Positions 9,414-17,771 of a stretch of 64,000 nt of DNA are shown piece by piece. The stretch is from Planctomycetota bacterium (GTDB lineage Bacteria > Planctomycetota > UBA8742 > UBA2392), in the NCBI GenBank assembly GCA_019636215.1, contig JAHBXZ010000001.1, positions 69,694 through 133,693 on the forward strand. The letters are read 5' to 3'. Made by a program: the position numbers and the translations under genes. The notes below the pieces were generated by a model. That model was not told the origin of the DNA. It was given only the letters and a program-made list of their open reading frames with translations, and ran no database searches. Every line of letters begins with the position of its first letter. Position 1 is the first letter of the stretch.

Positions 9414-11663
9414 ATGCACCAGCGGCGTACAGGGCTTCTGGCATTGCTTGTGATCGCGACGCTTGCCGTTGCGGCCTGGTGGCTTTGGAACCTGGATGCC
9501 GGGGGCGGCCCCCGCACGAACGAAGAGATTGCGGCGGAATCTGCCCCGACGGCGCCCCGGCGCGGGGACAGTCGGCCTGACATCCCGGCCGCGAGCGAGC
9601 CCGCGAAACCAGCAACAGAAACGACACCGCAACCAGAGGCCAGCCCCGAAGCCAAACCCGAGGCCGCGGCCTACGACGAGCCCGGCATCACGCCGGTCTA
9701 CGGCGATCTGCTCAAGCGCGGTGGGGCGGTGATCACGTTTGACCTGCGCGACGCGCAGGGACAGTGGCTGATTGACGAGTCGGTGTCGGTGCGCCTGATC
9801 CGCAGACTGGGACGCTTTTCCATCAACGAGTCCTGCCATTGGGTCTTTGATGACGGGGTGATTCTCTGCGATGGCGAATCCAGAGCCGGGCTCGAACCCG
9901 GCACCTATGAACTCGAGGTCGAGGCCGGCCGCTATGGCTGGAAGCGCCACACCTTCACTGTGCAGCGTGGCGAGAAGGCAATGCATGAACTGCGCCTGCC
10001 CTATTGGCGACGCATCATCACCTGCCACTTCAACGACCTGCAGGGCAACCCGCTGCCGTTTCTGACCAGCCCCCCAAACGTCGAGACGAAGAAGATCGGC
10101 GCTCCCGACGACTTTTATGCCCAAGGCCCCGAACAGATTCTGCGCAAGCCGCCTACGCCCGGCATGGGCGGGGGAGGAGGCCGTGGCGGCAAGGGCGGCT
10201 TTGCCTACCGTCGTGCACGAGGCAGTGGCGGATTGATGGTGTACCCAACCGACGGCGGCAAGTGGTACATGGCTGTGTTTGCAGGCGCGCCCAACACCAT
10301 CAGCGCCGAGGGACCCGCCAGCCAGTGGCCGGGCGAAAACCTGCTTGTTGATGGAACATTTGATTCCGCGGCCGATGCCAAGGTGGAGTTCCGCCTGGCT
10401 GCCCCCGCGGACCTTGACGCCGAGTACGCAAAGCACTTCCGCATGAACGCCGATGACCCGGGCCAGCGCAGCCTGCTGGCTTGGGCCGAACGTAAAGGCG
10501 CGCTGGCGGCAGCCGATGACCCAGCTGACGAGTTTTCCGGTGCACGCATCGTGGTGGACCTCGGCGAATCCCAAGGGCTTGAACCGCGCCTGCTGGAGGT
10601 TGAGAAAGATGACAAGGGTGCCGAACTCCCCCGCCGGTCCTTTGGCGGCATGGCCCGCATGAACCGCCGTGGCGGGCTGTGGTATGCCCAGGCCGCGCAA
10701 GGCCGCGAGTACTGGCTTGTCATAGGCAGCGAACGCGACTTTGAAGCCGAACCCGAACGCATCAAGGTCAACTCCCGCGTCACCCGCCTGGATCGTAAGC
10801 CCCCCGCCGGCGTCGACAACGTCCTGCCCTGGAACCTGGTGCCGACACTCGACGCCTGGGCGATTCATCGCGAGGCCGCTCTGTTCACCCCAACCATGGA
10901 TCTTTCCGTGCCACTGCTGCGCGTGGATTACGCCAAGCCCGCGTTGCTCGTACCTCCTGCCGCGCGCGCCCCCGCGACAGCCGAGCCTGAACTGGCCCTG
11001 AAGTGGCGGTTTGGCGCCCATGCCGACGCCAACATATACGGCAGCCGGCGCTCGACATGGCAGCCGCAATGGATCGAGTTTGACGAGATTAAGCTGCCCG
11101 GCGAGACGCTGCTGCAGCAGCTTGATGCTGGCACGCTTCAGCCCCGCCCGCCAAGCCGGGGCCTCTACTTCCGCGCCGTGGACCCCTGGGGCGCGGGATT
11201 GCCCTGGGTAGAGGCCACACTGCACGCACTCGAGGACGACGCCCGCGCCCAGCGCCTGCGCGACCTGGAACGCCGGGGCAACATCGACGGCTGGCGGCCG
11301 AACCTGTCCACCGCGTTTGCCAACGATCGCGCGGACGACCCCACAGGCCTGACAGCCAAAGACCTGCAACGGGACCGCGCGCGCCGCTATGTGGGCGCGG
11401 ATTTTGAGCGCGAGTGCAAAGACGACGCCGACCTGGCGTTCTACCTGCGCACCGGCGCCTGGTACGACAGCTATTCGCGCCTGAGCACCGGAAAGTACGG
11501 CTATCACATCGACCTGCGCTTCAGCCTCACGCCTGGCAAGAAGTACGTGCTGTACCTCTGGAGCAACAGCCGCCACGACCTGCGGCCCGATGCCCGCATC
11601 GTCTTTCAGGCCACCGAAGTCACCGACCTCGGCGTCATCACCCTGCCCGCCTACACCGAGTAG
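9414..11663 (+). CDS. membrane-anchored hypothetical protein with Pro/Glu-rich linker
   Basis: 749 aa. N-terminal TM anchor LLALLVIATLAVAAWWLW, then a low-complexity PEASPEAKPE linker and a varied-composition body. The opposite-strand ORF 9318-11717 (799 aa) is a high-GC antisense artefact. Confidence 0.5.
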   Translation: MHQRRTGLLALLVIATLAVAAWWLWNLDAGGGPRTNEEIAAESAPTAPRRGDSRPDIPAASEPAKPATETTPQPEASPEAKPEAAAYDEPGITPVYGDLLKRGGAVITFDLRDAQGQWLIDESVSVRLIRRLGRFSINESCHWVFDDGVILCDGESRAGLEPGTYELEVEAGRYGWKRHTFTVQRGEKAMHELRLPYWRRIITCHFNDLQGNPLPFLTSPPNVETKKIGAPDDFYAQGPEQILRKPPTPGMGGGGGRGGKGGFAYRRARGSGGLMVYPTDGGKWYMAVFAGAPNTISAEGPASQWPGENLLVDGTFDSAADAKVEFRLAAPADLDAEYAKHFRMNADDPGQRSLLAWAERKGALAAADDPADEFSGARIVVDLGESQGLEPRLLEVEKDDKGAELPRRSFGGMARMNRRGGLWYAQAAQGREYWLVIGSERDFEAEPERIKVNSRVTRLDRKPPAGVDNVLPWNLVPTLDAWAIHREAALFTPTMDLSVPLLRVDYAKPALLVPPAARAPATAEPELALKWRFGAHADANIYGSRRSTWQPQWIEFDEIKLPGETLLQQLDAGTLQPRPPSRGLYFRAVDPWGAGLPWVEATLHALEDDARAQRLRDLERRGNIDGWRPNLSTAFANDRADDPTGLTAKDLQRDRARRYVGADFERECKDDADLAFYLRTGAWYDSYSRLSTGKYGYHIDLRFSLTPGKKYVLYLWSNSRHDLRPDARIVFQATEVTDLGVITLPAYTE

Positions 11664-11875
11664 CCCGGTCCCGGCGAGGTGCTCCCACGGGCGTTTTGGA
11701 CAATGGCGTGGGTCCAAACGCCAGCTTGGCCATGATAGTCAACGGTTCACGGTCGACAGTTGACGGTCACTGCAACCCCTTGCCGTAACCGTGGACTGTC
11801 AACCCTTGACCGTGAACCTGCCGCCTGACGCTGGTGGCCGCCCAATCTCGCACATGGCCGTGATGGCATGAACCC

Positions 11876-12316
11876 CTAACGCGAGGTGCTGGGGATGTTG
11901 GTCAGCGGCTTGGGCCGGTCAAGCGCTCGATACAGCAGCATGCCGCCGACGGCCGCGGCCAGAAACACAATCGCGGGCAGGGTCGGGCGGCCCAGAATCG
12001 TGACGGCCGGGCCGGGGCAGATGCCCGCAAGCCCCCAGCCAATGCCAAACAGGCCGGCGCCCGCAAACAGCCGCCAGTCGAGATCCGCTCGGGGCTTGGG
12101 GAACTTGCTGCCGCCCAACCAAGGCACGTGCCGGCGTCGCGCGAACCAGGCCAGCGCGTAGATCGGAATCGCCGAACCCATCACGAACATCAGCGAAGGG
12201 TCCCACTGGCCCGTGACATCCAGAAAGCCGATCACCTTGGACGGCTGGGTCATGCCCGAAACACCTAGGCCGATTGCGAACACAATGCCCGCCACGCATG
12301 CGATCAGGTTGCGCAT
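11876..12316 (-). CDS. YeeE/YedE family sulfur-compound transporter, second half (split form)
   Basis: 146 aa, four predicted TM segments, GIGWGLAGICPGP motif. Starts directly after the stop of the upstream half. Confidence 0.6.
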   Translation of the reverse strand: MRNLIACVAGIVFAIGLGVSGMTQPSKVIGFLDVTGQWDPSLMFVMGSAIPIYALAWFARRRHVPWLGGSKFPKPRADLDWRLFAGAGLFGIGWGLAGICPGPAVTILGRPTLPAIVFLAAAVGGMLLYRALDRPKPLTNIPSTSR

Positions 12317-12757
12317 CTAGACCCCCACCACATGCTTGAAGACGTACACGGCCGCAACGCCCGTGGCCATGAACACACAGGTGCCCACAATGCTGCGCAT
12401 CGAAAACCGCCCGATGCCGCATACCCCGTGGCCGCTGGTGCAGCCGCCACCCAGCCGCGTGCCAAAGCCCACCAGCAGCCCGGCCACGCCAAACACCCAC
12501 AGCTTGCCGCCGGCTAGATCAGGCAAACGTTCAGGCCAGAACAGGCTCAGGCCGATGCCGCCGATCAAGAGGCCCAGCAGAAAGCTGGCCTGCCAGCCAC
12601 TTTCGGATTTCTCGGGCTTGACTATGCCGTACAGCATGCCGCTGACGCCGGCAGTCTTGCCGGTCAGCACCAGCCAGCTTGCCGCAGCCAGCCCAATCAG
12701 CGCCCCACCCGCCAGCGCCATGGTTGTGTCGTTGATTACCATGGCACCAGTAAACAC
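12317..12757 (-). CDS. YeeE/YedE family sulfur-compound transporter, first half (split form)
   Basis: 146 aa, GFGTRLGGGCTSGHGVCG is the conserved Cys loop of the YeeE/YedE (thiosulfate uptake) family. Confidence 0.65.
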   Translation of the reverse strand: MFTGAMVINDTTMALAGGALIGLAAASWLVLTGKTAGVSGMLYGIVKPEKSESGWQASFLLGLLIGGIGLSLFWPERLPDLAGGKLWVFGVAGLLVGFGTRLGGGCTSGHGVCGIGRFSMRSIVGTCVFMATGVAAVYVFKHVVGV

Positions 12758-12800
12758 GCAGTGGCAGTATTCTCAAGCTATCCTGCGCACGGAGGCGACC

Positions 12801-13307
12801 ATGGGCGAGTACAGCGGGCCGGTGAATGCGGTTTCCAAGCACGCGCAGGTCAAGCTGCGCGACTTTGCCATGAGCTTTCCGGGTGCGACCGAACACACGC
12901 CCTGGGGCGAGATTGCCTGCAAGGTCAATGGCAAGGTGTTTGTGTTCCTGAGTTGCCACACGCGGGGCTTTTCGATGTCGGTGAAGTTGCCCCAAAGCCG
13001 CGCCGACGCCCTGGACAACGACTTCGCCCAGCCCACAGGCTACGGCCTTGGCAAAAGCGGCTGGGTCACCTGCAGCTTCCAGCCGGGGCTCGAGCCGCCC
13101 TACGACCTGATGAAGGAGTGGATCGAGGAGAGCTACCGCACCATCGCCCCGCCCAAGTTCGTGCATGCGCTTGATACTGGCGAGCCGGTGCCCGCCAAGA
13201 AATCCAAGGCCGCCAAGCCCAAGCGCAAGACCGCCAGGCCTGCGGCAAAGAAACCCCGGGCCGCCGGGCGGGGCACCAAGCCCCGGCACGGTCCCCGCCA
13301 ACGCTGA
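12801..13307 (+). CDS. MmcQ/YjbR family DNA-binding protein
   Basis: ATG at 12801 is preceded by ggaggcg. MGEYSGP...PWGEIACKVNGKVFVFLS...GYGLGKSGWVTCSF is the MmcQ/YjbR pattern, with a Lys/Arg-rich tail. The upstream part of ORF 12336-13307 is antisense to yeeE. Confidence 0.7.
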   Translation: MGEYSGPVNAVSKHAQVKLRDFAMSFPGATEHTPWGEIACKVNGKVFVFLSCHTRGFSMSVKLPQSRADALDNDFAQPTGYGLGKSGWVTCSFQPGLEPPYDLMKEWIEESYRTIAPPKFVHALDTGEPVPAKKSKAAKPKRKTARPAAKKPRAAGRGTKPRHGPRQR

Positions 13308-13627
13308 TGCCGGCCTGGCGTTTCACAGCTGGCTGCCCTGGAGATTGCATGCAGTCCCGAACTGAAGTTGTGGCTGCGCCCGGGCACCTACCGTGTCACC
13401 TGGGATCCGGGCGGCGAACACCCGCCGCAACCGCCGGTGACGTTTCAGGTCTCCAGCGAGGAGCACCTGGTGCTGGACGGTCAAGGCTTGCGCCGCGAGT
13501 CCGCGGACTGAGCGAACGTGCCGCCAATCGCCCGGGCACTTTGTAACGGTGCGCGCGGGCGGGGCGCTGCATACTGCACCGGCCGCAGGTGGCAATGCCC
13601 GCGGCATGCACCGCACCGGGAGAACGC

Positions 13628-14050
13628 ATGTCCAGCAAGCACGTCAAGCTGCCGAACAAGGAACAAATCAAGGCCTACCGCCTGCGTCGCCGCGTCAGCC
13701 AGAGCGTCAGCGACCTGCGCCAGGACATGAGCGTGGCCGGCATGTTCTTCGGCGGCTATGGCCGCGACCAGGCCCTGGCCAGCCACCAGCAGCGCATGGC
13801 TTCCAATGTGGGCGCCGCCTTCAAGCACAGCCGCAAGCAGACCCTTGCCCTGGCCGAGAACCTCGAGGCCATGGCCGACCAGTTGGCCTCGCAGGCGCTG
13901 CTGCTGCAGTCGATCATGACGTATCTGTCGCAGATGCCGGGCTTTGATGCCGCGAAGTTCCGGGCGCTGATGCAAGAGCTGGACGCGTCCGACGGCGAGC
14001 TTGACGGCAAACTGGGCGGCCGGGCCAAACGCGGCCCCAAGAAGGCCTAG
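13628..14050 (+). CDS. hypothetical protein
   Basis: ATG at 13628 preceded by gggaga. 140 aa, no recognisable motif. Confidence 0.4.
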   Translation: MSSKHVKLPNKEQIKAYRLRRRVSQSVSDLRQDMSVAGMFFGGYGRDQALASHQQRMASNVGAAFKHSRKQTLALAENLEAMADQLASQALLLQSIMTYLSQMPGFDAAKFRALMQELDASDGELDGKLGGRAKRGPKKA

Positions 14051-14086
14051 CCCGGGCGGGGCAATTCACGCTCCCTGCGCCCGGCC

Positions 14087-14653
14087 TCAAAGGCCTGTAC
14101 GCATGCGCTGCTTGCCCTTGGCCTTGGTGTCGGCGGGCTGAAACCCTGCTTGCTTGAACATGCTGACCACGCCCGTCCAGGCAAAGGCGCCGGGCATGGC
14201 CTGGCCCGGCTTGGGCTTGACGGGGTAGGCCTCGGCGATTTCGGCCCCTTCTTCTTTCAGGCATTGCAGGGCAAAGGCCAGCAGCTTGCCCGCGATGCCC
14301 TGGTTGCGGTGGCCGGCCTTGATGAAAAAACAGGGCAGAGCCCAGACGCGCTCGGCGTCGTCGCAGGCCAGGCTGGGCGCGCGGTTGAGCTTGGCAAACT
14401 CCACGCGCGGGCCATAGGCGCACCAGCCCACGGAGGTGTCGCCCTCAAAGGCCAGCACGCCCCGGGCCTTGCCGGACTGCACCAGCCTGCGAAAGCGAGC
14501 CTTGGCCGTCGCGCCCTTGATGTCATCCCAGGCCTCGCCCTTTTCTGTGCGCCAGTGCATGCACCAGCACCCACCACAGGCCCCATTAGCGCCAAACAAC
14601 GCCTCCACGGCGGGCCAAAGGGCGGGCGTGAGTTTCTGGAGTATGAGGGGCAT
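14087..14653 (-). CDS. GNAT family N-acetyltransferase
   Basis: Internal ATG at 14653 (MPLILQKL...). RNQGIAGKLLAFALQCLKEEGAEIAEAYP is the GNAT motif A (acetyl-CoA binding) region. Confidence 0.7.
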   Translation of the reverse strand: MPLILQKLTPALWPAVEALFGANGACGGCWCMHWRTEKGEAWDDIKGATAKARFRRLVQSGKARGVLAFEGDTSVGWCAYGPRVEFAKLNRAPSLACDDAERVWALPCFFIKAGHRNQGIAGKLLAFALQCLKEEGAEIAEAYPVKPKPGQAMPGAFAWTGVVSMFKQAGFQPADTKAKGKQRMRTGL

Positions 14654-14867
14654 GGAATCTTCTTTGGTGTTTCCAACCGCAGGGCCCTTTTGAAAGGCCA
14701 GGGCATAACGGTTTCTGAGCGTTATGAAGGCGGAGCGGCACCGGAGCCTGGGCATCTTGCCTGCACCCACGCGGGCTTCCTGTCCGCAACTTGAACAGGC
14801 ACTGGACGCTCCTACTGCAGGTAGTGAGGTCCAGAAGGTTCTGTCGATGGCGCACGTGCCAGAAGCC

Positions 14868-15785
14868 CTACAAAAAGGTTTTGGTCAGCTTGTCCGTCGC
14901 CGAAATCAGTTCCTCTATCTCCGCTTCAGTAGGCTCTCTATCCTTCTTATGCGCACTTAGGTTACGTATGTCTCCCAAGCGCTGAAGGAGTCTCCATTGG
15001 GCAAGATCAATCACATCGGCATTCTTGAGTGCTTGGTAAAAGTCTGCCAAGGTGGGCTCCTTCTTGCCGATGTGAATACGCTTGCCATTGCACACTCCGC
15101 GAAGATGAGACTCGAGAACTACGCCAGCTAGTGCTCCTGCGGCACGTAAGAACCCCTTTGCCCGCAGCTCACGTGCGGCGCTTAGTTCGGAGTCGAAAAG
15201 GTCGGCCTGCAATACTCCCTTGATGTCGGCAAGTATTGAGTCGAGCCTGGAGGCCAGCGAGACCACTATGGACTGCTGGAGTTGAAACTGCATGGATACT
15301 ATGGAGAGGTCGTCATACACACGTTCAGCAGAAAACTTCGGCGCTCGTTGCCCCAGCAACCAACGTTGAATGCAAAAAGATTCCTGCAGCCCGGACTTAG
15401 CTCGTACTTTCTTCTCATATAGGTTGCGGAATTCCTCTAAGCGGTCGGGGCCGAGCTGTTCAACAACCCGAAGGGCTCGCGAGTACCAACTTTGGTAGGT
15501 GCTGTAAAAACTTCCCTTTATCGCTTTCCACTTTTCCTTATCTGCGGAAGTGAGCGCTCCACTCCGATCTCGATACTCGTACTGGAGATCACGGGTCATA
15601 ACTTGCCCTTCTTGCTCAAGACGCTCTAGGTCCTCTCGAAACTTGGTTACTAGGTTCGTCACAGGTCCCTCGGAATGCCGACCATGTAGAGTGCGTATCC
15701 ACGCGTTTCTTGATTGAATCAGGCCGCCGGGGGTCTCTCCGGCGGCCGGTTTCAGGATATCGCCCGCTACCCCGTGTACATCCAC
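14868..15785 (-). CDS. DUF4145 domain protein in a low-GC islet
   Basis: The C-terminus ...LADFYQALKNADVIDLAQWRLLQRLGDIRNLSAHKKDREPTEAEIEEL matches the DUF4145 signature R-x-x-R-N-x-x-AH. Local GC is clearly below the flanks. The true start is more likely ATG 15599 or GTG 15674 than ATG 15785. Confidence 0.5.
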   Translation of the reverse strand: MDVHGVAGDILKPAAGETPGGLIQSRNAWIRTLHGRHSEGPVTNLVTKFREDLERLEQEGQVMTRDLQYEYRDRSGALTSADKEKWKAIKGSFYSTYQSWYSRALRVVEQLGPDRLEEFRNLYEKKVRAKSGLQESFCIQRWLLGQRAPKFSAERVYDDLSIVSMQFQLQQSIVVSLASRLDSILADIKGVLQADLFDSELSAARELRAKGFLRAAGALAGVVLESHLRGVCNGKRIHIGKKEPTLADFYQALKNADVIDLAQWRLLQRLGDIRNLSAHKKDREPTEAEIEELISATDKLTKTFL

Positions 15786-15939
15786 TTGCCGTCATCTTTG
15801 GCGAAGCGGAGGGTTTTGCCTTCTTCTTCCGTCTTGCAGGGCTTGATGAACAGCATGGTCTTCACTTTGGCAGGTTAGTGACGTTCTTGGTGCAGGTAAG
15901 ACGCCGGCGCTGCTGTTGCCGGCAGGATGCCTGCCCCAC

Positions 15940-17628
15940 TTAGAACATCCCCACAATCTCGCCCTTTTCGTTGATGTCGATGTTCTGGCCGCCGGGGTTC
16001 TTGCCCAGGCCGGGCATGGTCATCATGTCGCCGCAGATCAGGTACACAAAGCCCGCCCCGGCGCTCAACCGCGCGTCCTTGATCGGCAGGGTCCAGCCCT
16101 CGGGCGCGCCCAGCAGCTTGGGGTCGTGTGAAAACGAGTACTGCGTTTTGGCCATGCACACGCTGAGCTTGCCAAAGCCTGCTTCCTCGAACTGTTTGAC
16201 GCGCTTGCTGGCTTCCGGCGCCCAGTCCACGCCGGCCGCCCCGTAGATCTTTGTCGCCACGGCCTCGACCTTCTTCTTGATCGGGGCGTCGCTGTCGTAG
16301 GTCAGTTTGAAACTGCGGGGTTCCTCACAGGCCTTGACCAGCGCCTTGGCGAACTCGGCCCCGCCTTGCCCGCCCTTGGCGAATACTTCACTGATGACGC
16401 AATCGCTGGCCCCGGCCTCGCGCGCGGCCTTCTTGACCATTTCGATTTCGGCCGGTGATTCGGTGCCAAAGCTGTTGATGCCGACCACTACTGGCAGGCC
16501 AAAAGCCTTCATGTTCTTGATGTGGCGCGTCAGGTTCGGCATGCCCGCGCGCAGGGCGTCCAAGTCTTCTTTGACCAGCCCGTCGGGCAGGGGCTTGCCG
16601 GCCACGACCTTGAACTTGCCGCTGTTGGATTTCAGGGCGCGCACGGTGGCGACCAGGCCCACGGCGTCAGGCACCAGGCCGCTCTGGCGGCACTTGATGT
16701 TCATGAACTTTTCGGCGCCCATGTCGGCACCGAAGCCGGATTCCGTGACCACGTAATCGGCCACCTTGAGCGCCACACGGTCGGCCACGACGCTGCTGTT
16801 GCCGTGGGCGATGTTCGCGAACGGCCCGCAGTGCACAAACGCAAGGCTGCCGCCGATCGTCTGCAGAATGTTGGGTTTCACGGCGTCGCGCAGAATCGCG
16901 GTCATGGCACCGGCGACCTTGATGTCTTCGGCGGTGACGGCTTTGCCGTCGCGATTGAAGCCCACGACCATGCGGCCAAGGCGGGCGCGCAGGTCCTTGA
17001 GATTTTCGGCCAGGGCGAGAATCGCCATGACTTCGCTGGCCACTGCGATGTCAAAGCCGGTTTCGCGCGGGATGCCGTTGTCGCGCAGGCCGGTGATGAT
17101 GTTTCTCAGGTCGCGGTCGTTGATGTCCATTCCGCGGCGCAGGTTGATGGTGTCAACGTCGATGCCCAGTTCGTTGCCGTTGAACAGGTGGTTATCCAGA
17201 AACGCGCAGGCCAGGTTGTTGGCGGCCTGCACGGCATGGATGTCGCCGGTCAGGTGAATGTTCAGGTCTTCGGGCGGAATGACTTGCGCCTGCCCGCCGC
17301 CGGCAGCGCCGCCTTTGATTCCGAACACCGGGCCCAGCGAGGCCTGCCGGATGACGCAAGCGGCCTTCTTGCCGATGTGCGTTAAACCCATGGTGACGCC
17401 GATGGTGTTAGTGGTTTTGCCTTCGCCCAGCGGCGTGGGGGAAATCGCGGTGATGTCGATGTACTTGCCGTTGGGGCGTGATTGCAGGCGGTCAATGATG
17501 CTGAGTTTGACCTTGGCCTTTACGTCGCCATAGAGCTCAAGTTCGTCGCGGTTGATGCCGTAACGCTTGGCGATGTTTTCGATTGGTTCCAGTTTGGCGG
17601 CGCGTGCGATTTCCTGGTCCGGCTTCAT
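15940..17628 (-). CDS. fhs: formate--tetrahydrofolate ligase
   Basis: 562 aa, PTPLGEGKTTNTIGV...FGIKGGAAGGG and overall Fhs architecture. Confidence 0.95.
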   Translation of the reverse strand: MKPDQEIARAAKLEPIENIAKRYGINRDELELYGDVKAKVKLSIIDRLQSRPNGKYIDITAISPTPLGEGKTTNTIGVTMGLTHIGKKAACVIRQASLGPVFGIKGGAAGGGQAQVIPPEDLNIHLTGDIHAVQAANNLACAFLDNHLFNGNELGIDVDTINLRRGMDINDRDLRNIITGLRDNGIPRETGFDIAVASEVMAILALAENLKDLRARLGRMVVGFNRDGKAVTAEDIKVAGAMTAILRDAVKPNILQTIGGSLAFVHCGPFANIAHGNSSVVADRVALKVADYVVTESGFGADMGAEKFMNIKCRQSGLVPDAVGLVATVRALKSNSGKFKVVAGKPLPDGLVKEDLDALRAGMPNLTRHIKNMKAFGLPVVVGINSFGTESPAEIEMVKKAAREAGASDCVISEVFAKGGQGGAEFAKALVKACEEPRSFKLTYDSDAPIKKKVEAVATKIYGAAGVDWAPEASKRVKQFEEAGFGKLSVCMAKTQYSFSHDPKLLGAPEGWTLPIKDARLSAGAGFVYLICGDMMTMPGLGKNPGGQNIDINEKGEIVGMF

Positions 17629-17771
17629 GGCGGGCTCCGTGGCGGTGTTTAAGTTGGGCCGGGGATTCTATGCCTGCGGCCGGGTGTTGTCCAAGCCCGC
17701 CAGCGCGCAACGTGCCAGGGGACAGTTTGACGGCCGGGGCGGCAGGTTCCGTCGTGGTCGCGTCACCATGC

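Noticed and set aside
9318-11717. 799-aa minus-strand ORF spanning the whole 9.4-11.7 kb region
   Set aside because: Its composition is dominated by Ala/Gly/Arg/Val runs typical of the antisense strand of a high-GC gene. The plus-strand ORF 9414-11663 has a TM anchor, a linker and varied composition, so it is the real gene.
12336-12800. N-terminal 155-codon extension of the MmcQ ORF (ORF 12336-13307)
   Set aside because: The extension is antisense to the yeeE/yedE genes and is Pro/Ser/Thr-rich. A good RBS precedes the internal ATG at 12801, where MmcQ homology begins.
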